From the human T2T-CHM13v2.0 reference genome, Homo sapiens, in assembly GCF_009914755.1 (NCBI RefSeq), contig NC_060948.1: a stretch of DNA of 64,000 bases. One strand, given 5' to 3'. Every line of letters starts with the position of its first letter. Positions within the stretch are counted from its first letter, which is position 1. Made by a program: the position numbers and the translations under genes. The notes under the pieces are model-generated. The model ran no database searches, was not told the DNA's origin, and saw nothing but the letters and a program-made list of their open reading frames with translations. Shown in pieces: positions 12,501 to 26,728 of this stretch.

Positions 12501-14994
12501 AATGGAACGGAATGGAACGGAAAGGAATAGAATGTTATGGAATCCGATTGGACAGAATGGAATGGAATGCAGTTTCATGAAATGGAGTCGAATAGAGTGG
12601 CATGAAAAGGAATGGAATGGAGTGGACTCAAAAGGAATGGACTCGAAAGGAATGGAGTCGAACCAAATTGAATCAAATGGATTGGAGTCGAACAGAATGG
12701 AATGGAATGGAGTGAACTCGACTGGAGTAGAGAGGAATGAAAAGGAATAGAATGGAATGTAATCAAATATATTGCAAGTGAATGGAATCAAAAATAATAG
12801 AAAGGAATGGAGTGTAAAGGGATGATATTGAATTAAATGGAATGGAATGGAATTTAATGGAATGGAGTCGAAGGAATGGACAGGAATGTAATGGACTCCA
12901 ATGGAATGGAATGGATCAAAATGGATTTGAACAGATTGGAATCGAACGGAATGGAATGCAATGAAGTGGAACGGACTCGATCAGAACGGACTGGAGAGGA
13001 ATGTACACAAATGGAATGGAAACGAAAGGAATGGAATGAAATGGAATGGAATGCAATGGAATTGAAAGGAACGGAATCAAATGGAATGGAATGGAATGGA
13101 ATGGATTGGAATAGAATGGATTCAAATAAAATAGAATCGATTGCAATGGTATTGAATGGAAGGGACTTGAATGGAATGGAAAGCAATGGAAGATATTGGA
13201 ATCGAATGGCATCGAATGAAATGGAATGGAACGGAATGGAACGGACCCGAATGGAATGGAATGGACTCAAATGTAATGGACTCGAATGGAATCGACTGAA
13301 ATATAATAGACTCGAAAGGAATGGCCTCGAGCGGAATTTATTTGAATAGAATGGAATCAAATGGAATACAATCGTATGGAATGGAATCGAATGGAATGGA
13401 ATCGAATGAAATGTAATCAAATGGAATGGAACGGAATTCAATATAATGGAGTAGAATGGAATGCATTGGAAAGGAGCAGAGTGGAATCGAGTGGAATGGA
13501 ATCAAAGGGAACGAAATCGAATTGAATGGACTTGAATGGAATTGAGTCGAAAGGAATTGACTCGAAAGGAATGGACTGGAACAAAAAGGAATCAAATGGA
13601 CAGGAATGGAATGGAAGGGACTCGAATGGAATGGAGTCAAATGCAAACGCATCGAATGGAATGGATTCAAATGGAATGCAATTGAATGGAATAGAAAGGA
13701 AGAGAATGGAATTGAGAGTAATGGAAAGATATCGATTGGAATGAAATGGAATGGAAAGGAATTGAATGGAAAGGAATGGACTCGAAAGAAATGGATTGGA
13801 ATGGAATGGTCTCCAATGGAATGGACTGGAGTGGAATGGAATCGAATGGAAAGAAAAGAATGGAACGGAATGGAACGGAAAGGAATAGAATGTTATGGAA
13901 TCCGATTGGACAGAATGGAATGGAATGCAGTTTCATGAAATGGAGTCGAATAGAGTGGCATCAAAAGGAATGGAATGGAGTGGACTCAAAAGGAATGGAC
14001 TCGAAAGGAATGGAGTCGAACCAAATTGAATCAAATGGATTGGAGTCGAACAGAATGGAATGGAATGGAATGAACTCGACCGCAGTAGAGAGGAATGAAA
14101 AGGAATAGAATGGAATGTAATCAAATGGATTGCAAGTGAATGGAATCAAAAATAATAGAAAGGAATGGAGTGTAAAGGGATGATATTGAATTAAATGGAA
14201 TGGAATGGAATTTAATGGAATGGAGTCGAAGGAATGGACAGGAATGTAATGGACTCCAATGGAATGGAATGGATCAAAATGGATTTGAACAGATTGGAAT
14301 CGAACGGAATGGAATGCAATGAAATGGAACGGACTCGATCAGAACGGACTGGAGAGGAATGTACACAAATGGAATGGAAACGAAAGGAATGGAATGAAAT
14401 GGAATGGAATGCAATGGAATTGAAAGGAACGGAATCAAATGGAATGGAATGGAATGGAATGGATTGGAATAGAATGGATTCAAATAAAATAGAATCGATT
14501 GCAATGGTATTGAATGGAAGGGACTTGAATGGAATGGAAAGCAATGGAAGATATTGGAATCGAATGGCATCGAATGAAATGGAATGGAACGGAATGGAAC
14601 GGACCCGAATGGAATGGAATGGACTCAAATGTAATGGACTCGAATGGAATCGACTGAAATATAATAGACTCGAAAGGAATGGCCTCGAGCGGAATTTATT
14701 TGAATAGAATGGAATCAAATGGAATACAATAGTATGGAATGGAATCGAATGGAATGGAATCGAATGGAATGTAATCAAATGGAATGGAACGGAATTCAAT
14801 ATAATGGAGTAGAATGGAATGCATTGGAAAGGAGCAGAGTGGAATCGAGTGGATTGGAATCGAGTGGAATGGAATCAAAGGGAACGAAATCGAATTGAAT
14901 CGACTTGAATGGAATTGAGTCGAAAGGAATTGACTCGAAAGGAATGGACTGGAACAAAAAGGAATCAAATGGACAGGAATGGAATGGAAGGGAC

Positions 14995-15054
14995 TCGAAT
15001 GGAATGGAGTCAAATGCAAACGCATCGAATGGAATGGAGTCAAATGCAAACGCA
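14995..15054 (+). repeat. Second copy of the 30-bp tandem duplication
   Basis: Identical duplication 5,512 bp downstream; this unit is also 1,403 bp. Confidence 0.95.
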
Positions 15055-18000
15055 TCGAATGGAATGGATTCAAATGGAATGCAATTGAATGGAATAGAAA
15101 GGAAGAGAATGGAATTGAGAGTAATGGAAAGATATCGATTGGAATGAAATGGAATGGAAAGGAATTGAATGGAAAGGAATGGACTCGAAAGAAATGGATT
15201 GGAATGGAATGGTCTCCAATGGAATGGACTGGAGTGGAATGGAATCGAATGGAAAGAAAAGAATGGAACGGAATGGAACGGAAAGGAATAGAATGTTATG
15301 GAATCCGATTGGACAGAATGGAATGGAATGCAGTTTCATGAAATGGAGTCGAATAGAGTGGCATCAAAAGGAATGGAATGGAGTGGACTCAAAAGGAATG
15401 GACTCGAAAGGAATGGAGTCGAACCAAATTGAATCAAAAGGATTGGAGTCGAACAGAATGGAATGGAATGGAATGAACTCGACTGGAGTAGAGAGGAATG
15501 AAAAGGAATAGAATGGATTGTAATCAAATGGATTGCAAGTGAATGGAATCAAAAATAATAGAAAGGAATGGAGTGTAAAGGGATGATATTGAATTAAATG
15601 GAAAGGAATGGAATTTAATGGAATGGAATAGAAGGAATGGACAGGAATGTAATGGACTCCTATGGAATAGAATGGATCAAAATGGATTTGAACAGATTGG
15701 AATCGAAAGGAATGGAATGCAATGAAATGGAATGGACTCGATCAGAACGGATTGGAGAGTAATGTACACAAATGGAATGGAAACGAAAGGAATGCAATGA
15801 AAAGGAATGGAATGCAATGGAATTGAAAGGAACGGAATCAAATGGAATGGAATGGAATGGAATGGATTGGAATAGAATGGATTCAAATAAAATAGAATCG
15901 ATTGCAATGGTATTGAATGGAAGGGACTTGAATGGAATGGAAAGGAATGGAAGATATTGGAATTGAATGGCATCGAATGAAATGGAATGGAACGGAATGG
16001 AACGGACCCGAAAGGTATGGAATGGACTCAAATGTAATGGACTCGAATGGAATCGACTGAAATATAATAGACTCGAAAGGAATGGCTTCGAGCGGAATTT
16101 ATTTGAATAGAATGGAATCAAATGGAATACAATAGTATAGAATGGAATCGAATGGAATGGAATCGAATGGAATGTAATCAAATGGAGTGGAACGGAATTC
16201 AATATAACGGAGTAGAATGGAATGCATTGGAAAGGAGCAGAGTGGAATCTAGTGTATTGGAATCGAGTGGAATGGAATCAAAGGGAACGAAATCGAATTG
16301 AATGGACTTGAATGGAATTGAGTCGAAAGGAATTGACTCAAAAGGAATGGACTGGAACAAAAAGGAATCAAATGGACAGGAATGGAATGGAATGGACTCG
16401 AATGGAATGGAGTCAAATGCAAACGCATCGAATGGAATGGATTCAAATGGAATGCAATTGAATGGAATAGAAAGGAAGAGAATGGAATTGAGAGTAATGG
16501 AAAGATATCGATTGGAATGAAATGGAATGGAAAGGAATTGAATGGAAAGGAATGGACTCGAAAGAAATGGATTGGAATGGAATGGTCTCCAATGGAATGG
16601 ACTGGAGTGGAATGGAATCGAATGGAAAGAAAAGAATGGAACGGAATGGAACGGAAAGGAATAGAATGTTATGGAATCCGATTGGACAGAATGGAATGGA
16701 ATGCAGTTTCATGAAATGGAGTCGAATAGAGTGGCATCAAAAGGAATGGAATGGAGTGGACTCAAAAGGAATGGACTCGAAAGGAATGGAGTCGAACCAA
16801 ATTGAATCAAATGGATTGGAGTCGAACAGAATGGAATGGAATGGAATGAACTCGACTGGAGTAGAGAGGAATGAAAAGGAATAGAATGGATTGTAATCAA
16901 ATGGATTGCAAGTGAATGGAATCAAAAATAATAGAAAGGAATGGAGTGTAAAGGGATGATATTGAATTAAATGGAATGGAATGGAATTTAATGGAATGGA
17001 GTCGAAGGAATGGACAGGAATGTAATGGACTCCAATGGAATGGAATGGATCAAAATGGATTTGAACAGATTGGAATCGAACGGAATGGAATGCAATGAAA
17101 TGGAATGGACTCGATCAGAACGGACAGGAGAGGAATGTACACAAATGGAATGGAAACCAATGGAATGGAATGAAATGGAATGGAATGCGATGGAATTGAA
17201 AGGAACGGAATCAAATGGAACGGAATGGAATGGAATGGAATGGATTGGAATAGAATGGATTCAAATAAAATAGAATCGATTGCAATGGTATTGAATGGAA
17301 GGGACTTGAATGGAATGGAAAGCAATGGAAGATATTGGAATCGAATGGCATCGAATGAAATGGAATGAAACGGAATGGAACGGACCCGAATGGAATGGAA
17401 TGGACTCAAATGTAATGGACTCGAATGGAATCGACTGAAATATAATAGACTCGAAAGGAATGGCCTCGAGCGGAATTTATTTGAATAGAATGGAATCAAA
17501 TGGAATACAATAGTATGGAATGGAATCGAATGGAATGGAATCGAATGGAATGTAATCAAATGGAATGGAACGGAATTCAATATAATGGAGTAGAATGGAA
17601 AGCATTGGAAAGGAGCAGAGTGGAATCGAGTGGATTGGAATCGAGTGGAATGGAATCAAAGGGAACGAAATCGAATTGAATGGACTTGAATGGAATTGAG
17701 TCGAAAGGAATTGACTCGAAAGGAATGGACTGGAACAAAAAGGAATCAAATGGACAGGAATGGAATGGAATGGACTCGAATGGAATGGAGTCAAATGCAA
17801 ACGCATCGAATGGAATGGATTCAAATGGAATGCAATTGAATGGAATAGAAAGGAAGAGAATGGAATTGAGAGTAATGGAAAGATATCGATTGGAATGAAA
17901 TGGAATGGAAAGGAATTGAATGGAAAGGAATGGACTCGAAAGAAATGGATTGGAATGGAATGGTCTCCAATGGAATGGACTGGAGTGGAATGCAATCGAA

Positions 18001-21000
18001 TGGAAAGAAAAGAATGGAACGGAATGGAACGGAAAGGAATAGAATGTTATGGAATCCGATTGGACAGAATGGAATGGAATGCAGTTTCATGAAATGGAGT
18101 CGAATAGAGTGGCATGAAAAGGAATGGAATGGAGTGGACTCAAAAGGAATGGACTCGAAAGGAATGGAGTCGAACCAAATTGAATCAAATGGATTGGAGT
18201 CGAACAGAATGGAATGGAATGGAATGAACTCGACTGCAGAAGAGAGGAATGAAAAGGAATAGAATGGAATGTAATCAAATGGATTGCAAGTGAATGGAAT
18301 AAAAAATAATAGAAAGGAATGGAGTGTAAAGGGATGATATTGAATTAAATGGAATGGAATGGAATTTAATGGAATGGAGTTGAAGGAATGGACAGGAATG
18401 TAATGGACTCCTATGGAATGGAATGGATCAAAATGGATTTGAACAGATTGGAATCGAACGGAATGGAATGCAATGAAATGGAATGGACTCGATCAGAACG
18501 GACTGGAGAGTAATGTACACAAATGGAATGGAAACGAAAGGAATGCAATGAAAAGGAATGGAATGCAATGGAATTGAAAGGAACGGAATCAAATGGAATG
18601 GAATGGAATGGAATGATTGGAATAGAATGGATTCAAATAAAATAGAATCGATTGCAATGGTATTGAATGGAAGGGTCTTGAATGGAATGGAAAGCAATGG
18701 AAGATATTGGAATCGAATGGCATCGAATGAAATTGAATGGAACGGAATGGAACGGACCCGAATGGTATGGAATGGACTCAAATGTAATGGAATCGAATGG
18801 AATCGACTGAAATATAATAGACTCGAAAGGAATGTCCTCGAGCGGAATTTATTTGAATAGATTTGAATCAAATGGAATACAATAGTATGGAATGGAATCG
18901 AATGGAATGGAATCGAATGGAATGTAATCAAATGGAATGGAACGGAATTCAATATAATGGAGTAGAATGGAATGCATTGGAAAGGAGCAGAGTGGAATCG
19001 AGTGGATTGGAATCGAGTGGAATGGAATCAAAGGGAATGAATTCGAATTGAATGGACCTGAATGGAATTGAGTCGAAAGGAATTGACTCGAAAGGAATGG
19101 ACTGGAACAAAAAGGAATCAAATGGACAGGAATGGAATGGAATGGACTCGAATGGAATGGAGTCAAATGCAAACGCATCGAATGGAATGGATTCAAATGG
19201 AATGCAATTGAATGGAATAGAAAGTAAGAGAATGGAATTGAGAGTAATGGAAAGATATCGATTGGAATGAAATGGAATGGAAAGGAATTGAATGGAAAGG
19301 AAAGGACTCGAAAGAAATGGGTTGGAATGGAATGGTCTCCAACGGAATGGACTGGAGTGGAATGGAATCGAATGGAATGAAAAGAATGGAACGGAATGGA
19401 ACGGTAAGGAATAGAATGTTATGGAATCCGATTTTACAGAATGGAATGGAATGCAGTTTCATGAAATGGAGTCGAATAGAGTGGCATGAAAAGGAATGGA
19501 ATGGAGTGGACTCAAAAGGAATGGACTCGAAAGGAATGGAGTCGAACCAAATTGAATCAAATGGATTGGAGTCGAACAGAATGGAATGGAATGGAATGAA
19601 CTCGACTGGAGTAGAGAGGAATGAAAAGGAATAGAATGGAATGTAATCAAATGGATTGCAAGTGAATGGAATCAAAAATAATAGAAAGGAATGGAGTGTA
19701 AAGGGATGATATTGAATTAAATGGAATGGAATGGAATTTAATGGAATGGAGTCGAAGGAATGGACAGGAATGTAATGGACTCCAATGGAATGGAATGGAT
19801 CAAAATGGATTTGAACAGATTGGAATCGAACGGAATGGAATGCAATGAAATGGAATGGACTCGATCAGAACGGACTGGAGAGGAATGTACACAAATGGAA
19901 TGGAAACTAAAGGAATGGAATGAAATGGAATGGAATGCAATGGAATTGAAAGGAACGGAATCAAATGGAATGGAATGGAATGGAATGGATTGGAATAGAA
20001 TGGATTCAAATAAAATAGAATCGATTGCAATGGTATTGAATGGAAGGGACTTGAATGGAATGGAAAGCATTGGAAGATATTGGAATCGAATGGCATCGAA
20101 TGAAATGGAATGGAACGGAATGGAACGGACCCGAATGGAATGGAATGGACTCAAATGTAATGGACTCGAATGGAATCGACTGAAATATAATAGACTCGAA
20201 AGGAATGGCCTCGAGCGGAATTTATTTGAATAGAATGGAATGAAATGGAATACAATAGTATGGAATGGAATCGAATGGAATGGAATCGAATGGAATGTAA
20301 TCAAATGGAATGGAACGGAATTCAATATAATGGAGTAGAATGGAATGCATTGGAAAGGAGCAGAGTGGAATCGAGTGGATTGGAATCGAGTGGAATGGAA
20401 TCAAAGGGAACGAAATCGAATTCAATGGACTTGAATGGAATTGAGTCGAAAGGAATTGACTCGAAAGGAATGGACTGGAACAAAAAGGAATCAAATGGAC
20501 AGGAATGGAATGGAATGGACTCGAATGGAATGGAGTCAAATGCAAACGCATCGAATGGAATGGATTCAAATGGAATGCAATTGAATGGAATAGAAAGGAA
20601 GAGAATGGAATTGAGAGTAATGGAAAGATATCGATTGGAATGAAATGGAATGGAAAGGAATTGAATGGAAAGGAATGGACTCGAAAGAAATGGATTGGAA
20701 TGGAATGGTCTCCAATGGAATGGACTGGAGTGGAATGCAATCGAATGGAAAGAAAAGAATGGAACGGAATGGAACGGAAAGGAATAGAATGTTATGGAAT
20801 CCGATTGAACAGAATGGAATGGAATGCAGTTTCATGAAATGGAGTCGAATATAGTGGCATCAAAAGGAATGGAATGGAGTGGACTCAAAAGGAATGGACT
20901 CGAAAGGAATGGAGTCGAACCAAATTGAATCAAATGGATTGGAGTCGAACAGAATGGAATGGAATGGAATGAACTCGACTGGAGTAGAGAGGAATGAAAA

Positions 21001-24000
21001 GGAATAGAATGGAATGTAATCAAATGGATTGCAAGTGAATGGAATCAAAAATAATAGAAAGGAATGGAGTGTAAAGGGATGATATTGAATTAAATGGAAT
21101 GGAATGGAATTTAATGGAATGGAGTCGAAGGAATGGACAGGAATGTAATGGACTCCAATGGAATGGAATGGATCAAAATGGATTTGAACAGACTGGAATC
21201 GAACGGAATGGAATGCAATGAAATGGAACGGACTCGATCAGAACGGACTGGAGAGGAATGTACACAAATGGAATGGAAACGAAAGGAATGGAATGAAATG
21301 GAATGGAATGCAATGGAATTGAAAGGAACGGAATCAAATGGAATGGAATGGAATGGAATGGAATGGATTGGAATAGAATGGATTCAAATAAAATAGAATC
21401 GATTACAATGGTATTGAATGGAAGGGACTTGAATGGAATGGACAGCAATGGAAGATATTGGAATCGAATGGCATCGAATGAAATGGAATGGAACGGAATG
21501 GAACGGACTGGAATGGAATGGAATGGACTCAAATGTAATGGACTCGAATGGAATCGACTGAAATATAATAGACTCGAAAGGAATGGCCTCGAGCGGAATT
21601 TATTTGAATAGAATGGACTCAAATGGAATACAATAGTATGGAATGGAATCGAATGGAATGGAATCGAATGGAATGTAATCAAATGGAATGGAACGGAATT
21701 CAATATAATGGAGTAGAATGGAATGCATTGGAAAGGAGAAGAGTGGAATCGAGTGGATTGGAATCGAGTGGAATGGAATCAAAGGGAATGAAATCGAATT
21801 CAATGGACTTGAATGGAATTGAGTCAAAAGGAATTGACTCGAAAGGAATGGACTGGAACAAAAAGGAATCAAATGGACAGGAATGGAATGGAATGGACTC
21901 GAATGGAATGGAGTCAAATGCAAACGCATCGAATGGAATGGATTCAAATGGAATGCAATTGAATGGAATAGAAAGGAAGAGAATGGAATTGAGAGTAATG
22001 GAAAGATATCGATTGGAATGAAATGGAATGGAAAGGAATTGAATGGAAAGGAAAGGACTCGAAAGAAATGGGTTGGAATGGAATGGTCTCCAACGGAATG
22101 GACTGGAGTGGAATGGAATCGAATGGAATGAAAAGAATGGAACGGAATGGAACGGTAAGGAATAGAATGTTATGGAATCCGATTGGACAGAATGGAATGG
22201 AATGCAGTTTCATGAAATGGAGTCGAATAGAGTGGCATCAAAAGGAATGGAATGGAGTGGACTCAAAAGGAATGGACTCGAAAGGAATGGAGTCGAACCA
22301 AATTGAATCAAATGGATTGGAGTCGAACAGAATGGAATGGAATGGAATGAACTCGACTGGAGTAGAGAGGAATGAAAAGGAATAGAATGGAATGTAATCA
22401 AATGGATTGCAAGTGAATGGAATCAAAAATAATAGAAAGGAATGGAGTGTAAAGGGATGATATTGAATTAAATGGAATGGAATGGAATTTAATGGAATGG
22501 AGTAAAAGGAATGGACAGGAATGTAATGGACTCCTATGGAATAGAATGGATCAAAATGGATTTGAACAGATTGGAATCGAAAGGAATGGAATGCAATGAA
22601 ATGGAATGGACTCGATCAGAACGGATTGGAGAGTAATGTACACAAATGGAATGGAAACGAAAGGAATGCAATGAAAAGGAATGGAATGCAATGGAATTGA
22701 AAGGAACGGAATCAAATGGAATGGAATGGAATGGAATGGATTGGAATAGAATGGATTCAAATAAAATAGAATCGATTGCAATGGTATTGAATGGAAGGGA
22801 CTTGAATGGAATGGAAAGGAATGGAAGATATTGGAATTGAATGGCATCGAATGAAATGGAATGGAACGGAATGGAACGGACCCGAAAGGTATGGAATGGA
22901 ATCAAATGTAATGGACTCGAATGGAATCGACTGAAATATAATAGACTCGAAAGGAATGGCCTCGAGCGGAATTTATTTGAATAGAATGGAATCAAATGGA
23001 ATACAATAGTATAGAATGGAATCGAATGGAATGTAATCAAATGGAATGGAACGGAATTCAATATAATCGAGTAGAATGGAATGCATTGGAAAGGAGCAGA
23101 GTGGAATCGAGTGGATTGGAATCGAGTGGAATGGAATCAAAGGGAACGAAATCGAATTGAATGGACTTGAATGGAATTGAGTCGAAAGGAATTGACTCGA
23201 AAGGAATGGACTGGAACAAAAAGGAATCAAATGGACAGGAATGGAATGGAATGGACTCGAACGGAATGGAGTCAAATGCAAACGCATCGAATGGAATGGA
23301 TTCAAATGGAATGCAATTGAATGGAATAGAAAGGAAGAGAATGGAATTGAGAGTAATGGAAAGATATCGATTGGAATGAAATGGAATGGAAAGGAATTGA
23401 ATGGAAAGGAATGGACTCGAAAGAAATGGATTGGAATGGAATGGTCTCCAATGGAATGGACTGGAGTGGAATGCAATCGAATGGATAGAAAAGAATGGAA
23501 CGGAATGGAACGGAAAGGAATAGAATGTTATGGAATCCGATTGAACAGAATGGAATGGAATGCAGTTTCATGAAATGGAGTCGAATATAGTGGCATCAAA
23601 AGGAATGGAATGGAGTGGACTCAAAAGGAATGGACTCGAAAGGAATGGAGTCGAACCAAATTGAATCAAATGGATTGGAGTTGAACAGAATGGAATGGAA
23701 TGGAATGAACTCGACTGGAGTAGAGAGGAATGAAAAGGAATAGAATGGAATGTAATCAAATGGATTGCAAGTGAATGGAATCAAAAATAATAGAAAGGAA
23801 TGGAGTGTAAAGGGATGATATTGAATTAAATGGAATGGAATGGAATTTAATGGAATGGAGTCGAAGGAATGGACAGGAATGTAATGGACTCCAATGGAAT
23901 GGAATGGATCAAAATGGATTTGAACAGATTGGAATCGAACGGAATGGAATGCAATGAAATGGAATGGACTCGATCAGAACGGACTGGAGAGGAATGTACA

Positions 24001-26728
24001 CAAATGGAATGGAAACGAAAGGAATGGAATGAAATGGAATGGAATGCAATGGAATTGAAAGGAACGGAATCAAATGGAATGGAATGGAATGGAATGGATT
24101 GGAATAGAATGGATTCAAATAAAATAGAATCGATTGCAATGGTATTGAATGGAAGGGACTTGAATGGAATGGAAAGCAATGGAAGATATTGGAATCGAAT
24201 GGCATCGAATGAAATGGAATGGAACGGAATGGAACGGACTGGAATGGAATGTAATGGACTCAAATGTAATGGACTCGAATGGAATCGACTGAAATATAAT
24301 AGACTCGAAAGGAATGGCCTCGAGCGGAATTTATTTGAATAGAATGGAATCAAATGGAATACAATAGTATGGAATGGAATCGAATGGAATGGAATCGAAT
24401 GGAATGTAATCAAATGGAATGGAACGGAATTCAATATAATGGAGTAGAATGGAATGCATTGGAAAGGAGCAGAGTGGAATCGAGTGGATTGGAAACGAGT
24501 GGAATGGAATCAAAGGGAACGAAATCGAATTGAATGGACTTGAATGGAATTGAGACGAAAGGAATTGACTCGAAAGGAATGGACTGGAACAAAGAGGAAT
24601 CAAATGGACAGGAATGGAATGGAATGGACTCGAATGGAATGGAGTCAAATGCAAACGCATCGAATGGAATGGATTCAAATGGAATGCAATTGAATGGAAT
24701 ATAAAGTAAGAGAATGGAATTGAGAGTAATGGAAAGATATCGATTGGAATGAAATGGAATGGAAAGGAATTGAATGGAAAGGAATGGACTCGAAAGAAAT
24801 GGGTTGGAATGGAATGGTCTCCAATGGAATGGACTGGAGTGGAATGGAATCGAATGGAATGAAAAGAATGGAACGGAATGGAACGGAAAGGAATAGAATG
24901 TTATGGAATCCGATTGGACAGAATGGAATGGAATGCAGTTTCATGAAATGGAGTCAAATAGAGTGGCATCAAAAGGAATGGTACGGAGTGGACTCAAGAG
25001 GAATGGACTCGAAAGGAATGGAGTCGAACCAAATTGAATCAAATGGATTGGAGTCGAACAGAATGGAATGGAATGGAATGAACTCGACTGGAGAAGAGAG
25101 GAATGAAAAGGAATAGAATGGAATGTAATCAAATGGATTGCAAGTGAATGGAATCAAAAATAATAGAAAGGAATGGAGTGTAAAAGGACGATATTTAATT
25201 ATATGGAAAAAATGGAATTTAATGGAATGGAGTCGAAGGAATGGACATGAATGTAATGGACTCCAATGGAATGGAGTGGATCAAAATGGACTTGAACAGA
25301 TTGGAATTGAACGGAATGGAATGCAATGTAATAGAATGGACTCGATCAGAACGGACTGGAGAGGAATGTACACAAATGGGATGGAAACGAATGGAATGGA
25401 ATGAAATGGAATGGAATGCAATGGAATTGAAAGGAACGGAATCAAATGGAAGGGAATGGAATGGAATGGAATGGAATGGATTGGAATAGAATGGATTCAA
25501 ATAAAATAGAATCGATTGCAATGGTATTGAATGGAAGGGACTTGAATGGAATGGAAAGCAATGGAAGATATTGGAATCGAATGGCATCGAATGAAATGGA
25601 ATGGAACGGAATGGAACGGACACGAATGGAATGGAATGGACTCAAATGTAATGGACTCGAATGGAATCGACTGAAATATAATAGACTCGAAAGGAATGGC
25701 CTCGAGCGGAATTTATTTGAATAGAATGGAATCAAATGGAATACAATAGTATGGAATGGAATCGAATGGAATGGAATCGAATGGAATGTAATCAAATGGA
25801 ATGGAACGTAATTCAATATAATGGAGTAGAATGGAATGCATTGGAAAGGAGCAGAGTGGAATCGAGTGGATTGGAATCGAGTGGAATGGAATCAAAGGGA
25901 ACGAAATCGAATTGAATGGACTTGAATGGAATTGAGTCGAAAGGAATTGACTCAAAAGGAATGGACTGGAATAAAAAGGAATCAAATGGACAGGAATGGA
26001 ATGGAATGGACTCGAATGGAATGGAGTCAAATGCAAACGCATCGAATGGAATGGATTCAAATGGAATGCAATTGAATGGAATAGAAAGGAAGAGAATGGA
26101 ATTGAGAGTAATGGAAAGATATCGATTGGAATGAAATGGAATGGAAAGGAATTGAATGGAAAGGAATGGACTCGAAAGAAATGGATTGGAATGGAATGGT
26201 CTCCCATAGAATGGACTGGAGTGGAATGGAATCAAATGGAAAGAGAAGAATGGAACGGAATGGAACGGAAAGGAATAGAATGTTATGGAATCCGATTGGA
26301 CAGAGTGGAATGGAATGCAGTTTCATGAAATGGAGTCGAATAGAGTGGCATCAAAAGGAATGGAAGGGAGTGGACTCAAAAGGAATGGACTCGAAAGGAA
26401 TGGAGTCGAACCAAATTGAATCAAATAGATTGGAGTCGAACAGAATTGAATGGAATGGAATGAACTCGACTGGAGTAGACAGGAATGTAAAGGAATAGAA
26501 TGGAATGTAATCAAATGGATTGCAAGTGAATGGAATCAAAACTAATAGAAAGGAATGGAGTGTAAATGGATGATATGGAATAAAATGGAATGGAATGGAA
26601 TTTAATTTAACGGAGTCGAAGGAATGGACAGGATTGTAATGGACTCCAATGGAATGGAATGGATCAAAATGGATTTGAACAGATTGGAATCGAACGGAAT
26701 GGAATGCAATGGAATGGAATGGACTCGA

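Larger units (their letters stand above)
8650..18210 (+). repeat. 4-unit (5,512-bp period) duplication, ~8.65-12.7 kb vs ~14.16-18.2 kb
   Basis: Anchors offset by exactly 5512 (9637/15149, 11010/16522, 12388/17900). Shared private features: a 30-bp duplication, TGAATCGACTTG, GGATTGTAATC, GGAATCTAGTGTATTGG, GAATGCGATGG and GGAAAGCATTGG. Boundaries are approximate. Confidence 0.88.
1..26728 (+). repeat. Higher-order repeat array, left arm: ~19.5 tandem copies of a ~1,373-bp unit
   Basis: The same anchor (ATGGAATGGAAAGGAATTGAATGGAAAGG) recurs at 2, 1375, 2748, 4120, 5493, 6866, 8234, 9637, 11010, 12388, 13746, 15149, 16522, 17900, 19272, 20645, 22023, 23381, 24754 and 26136. Spacings are 1358-1403, mode 1373. 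Confidence 0.97.
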
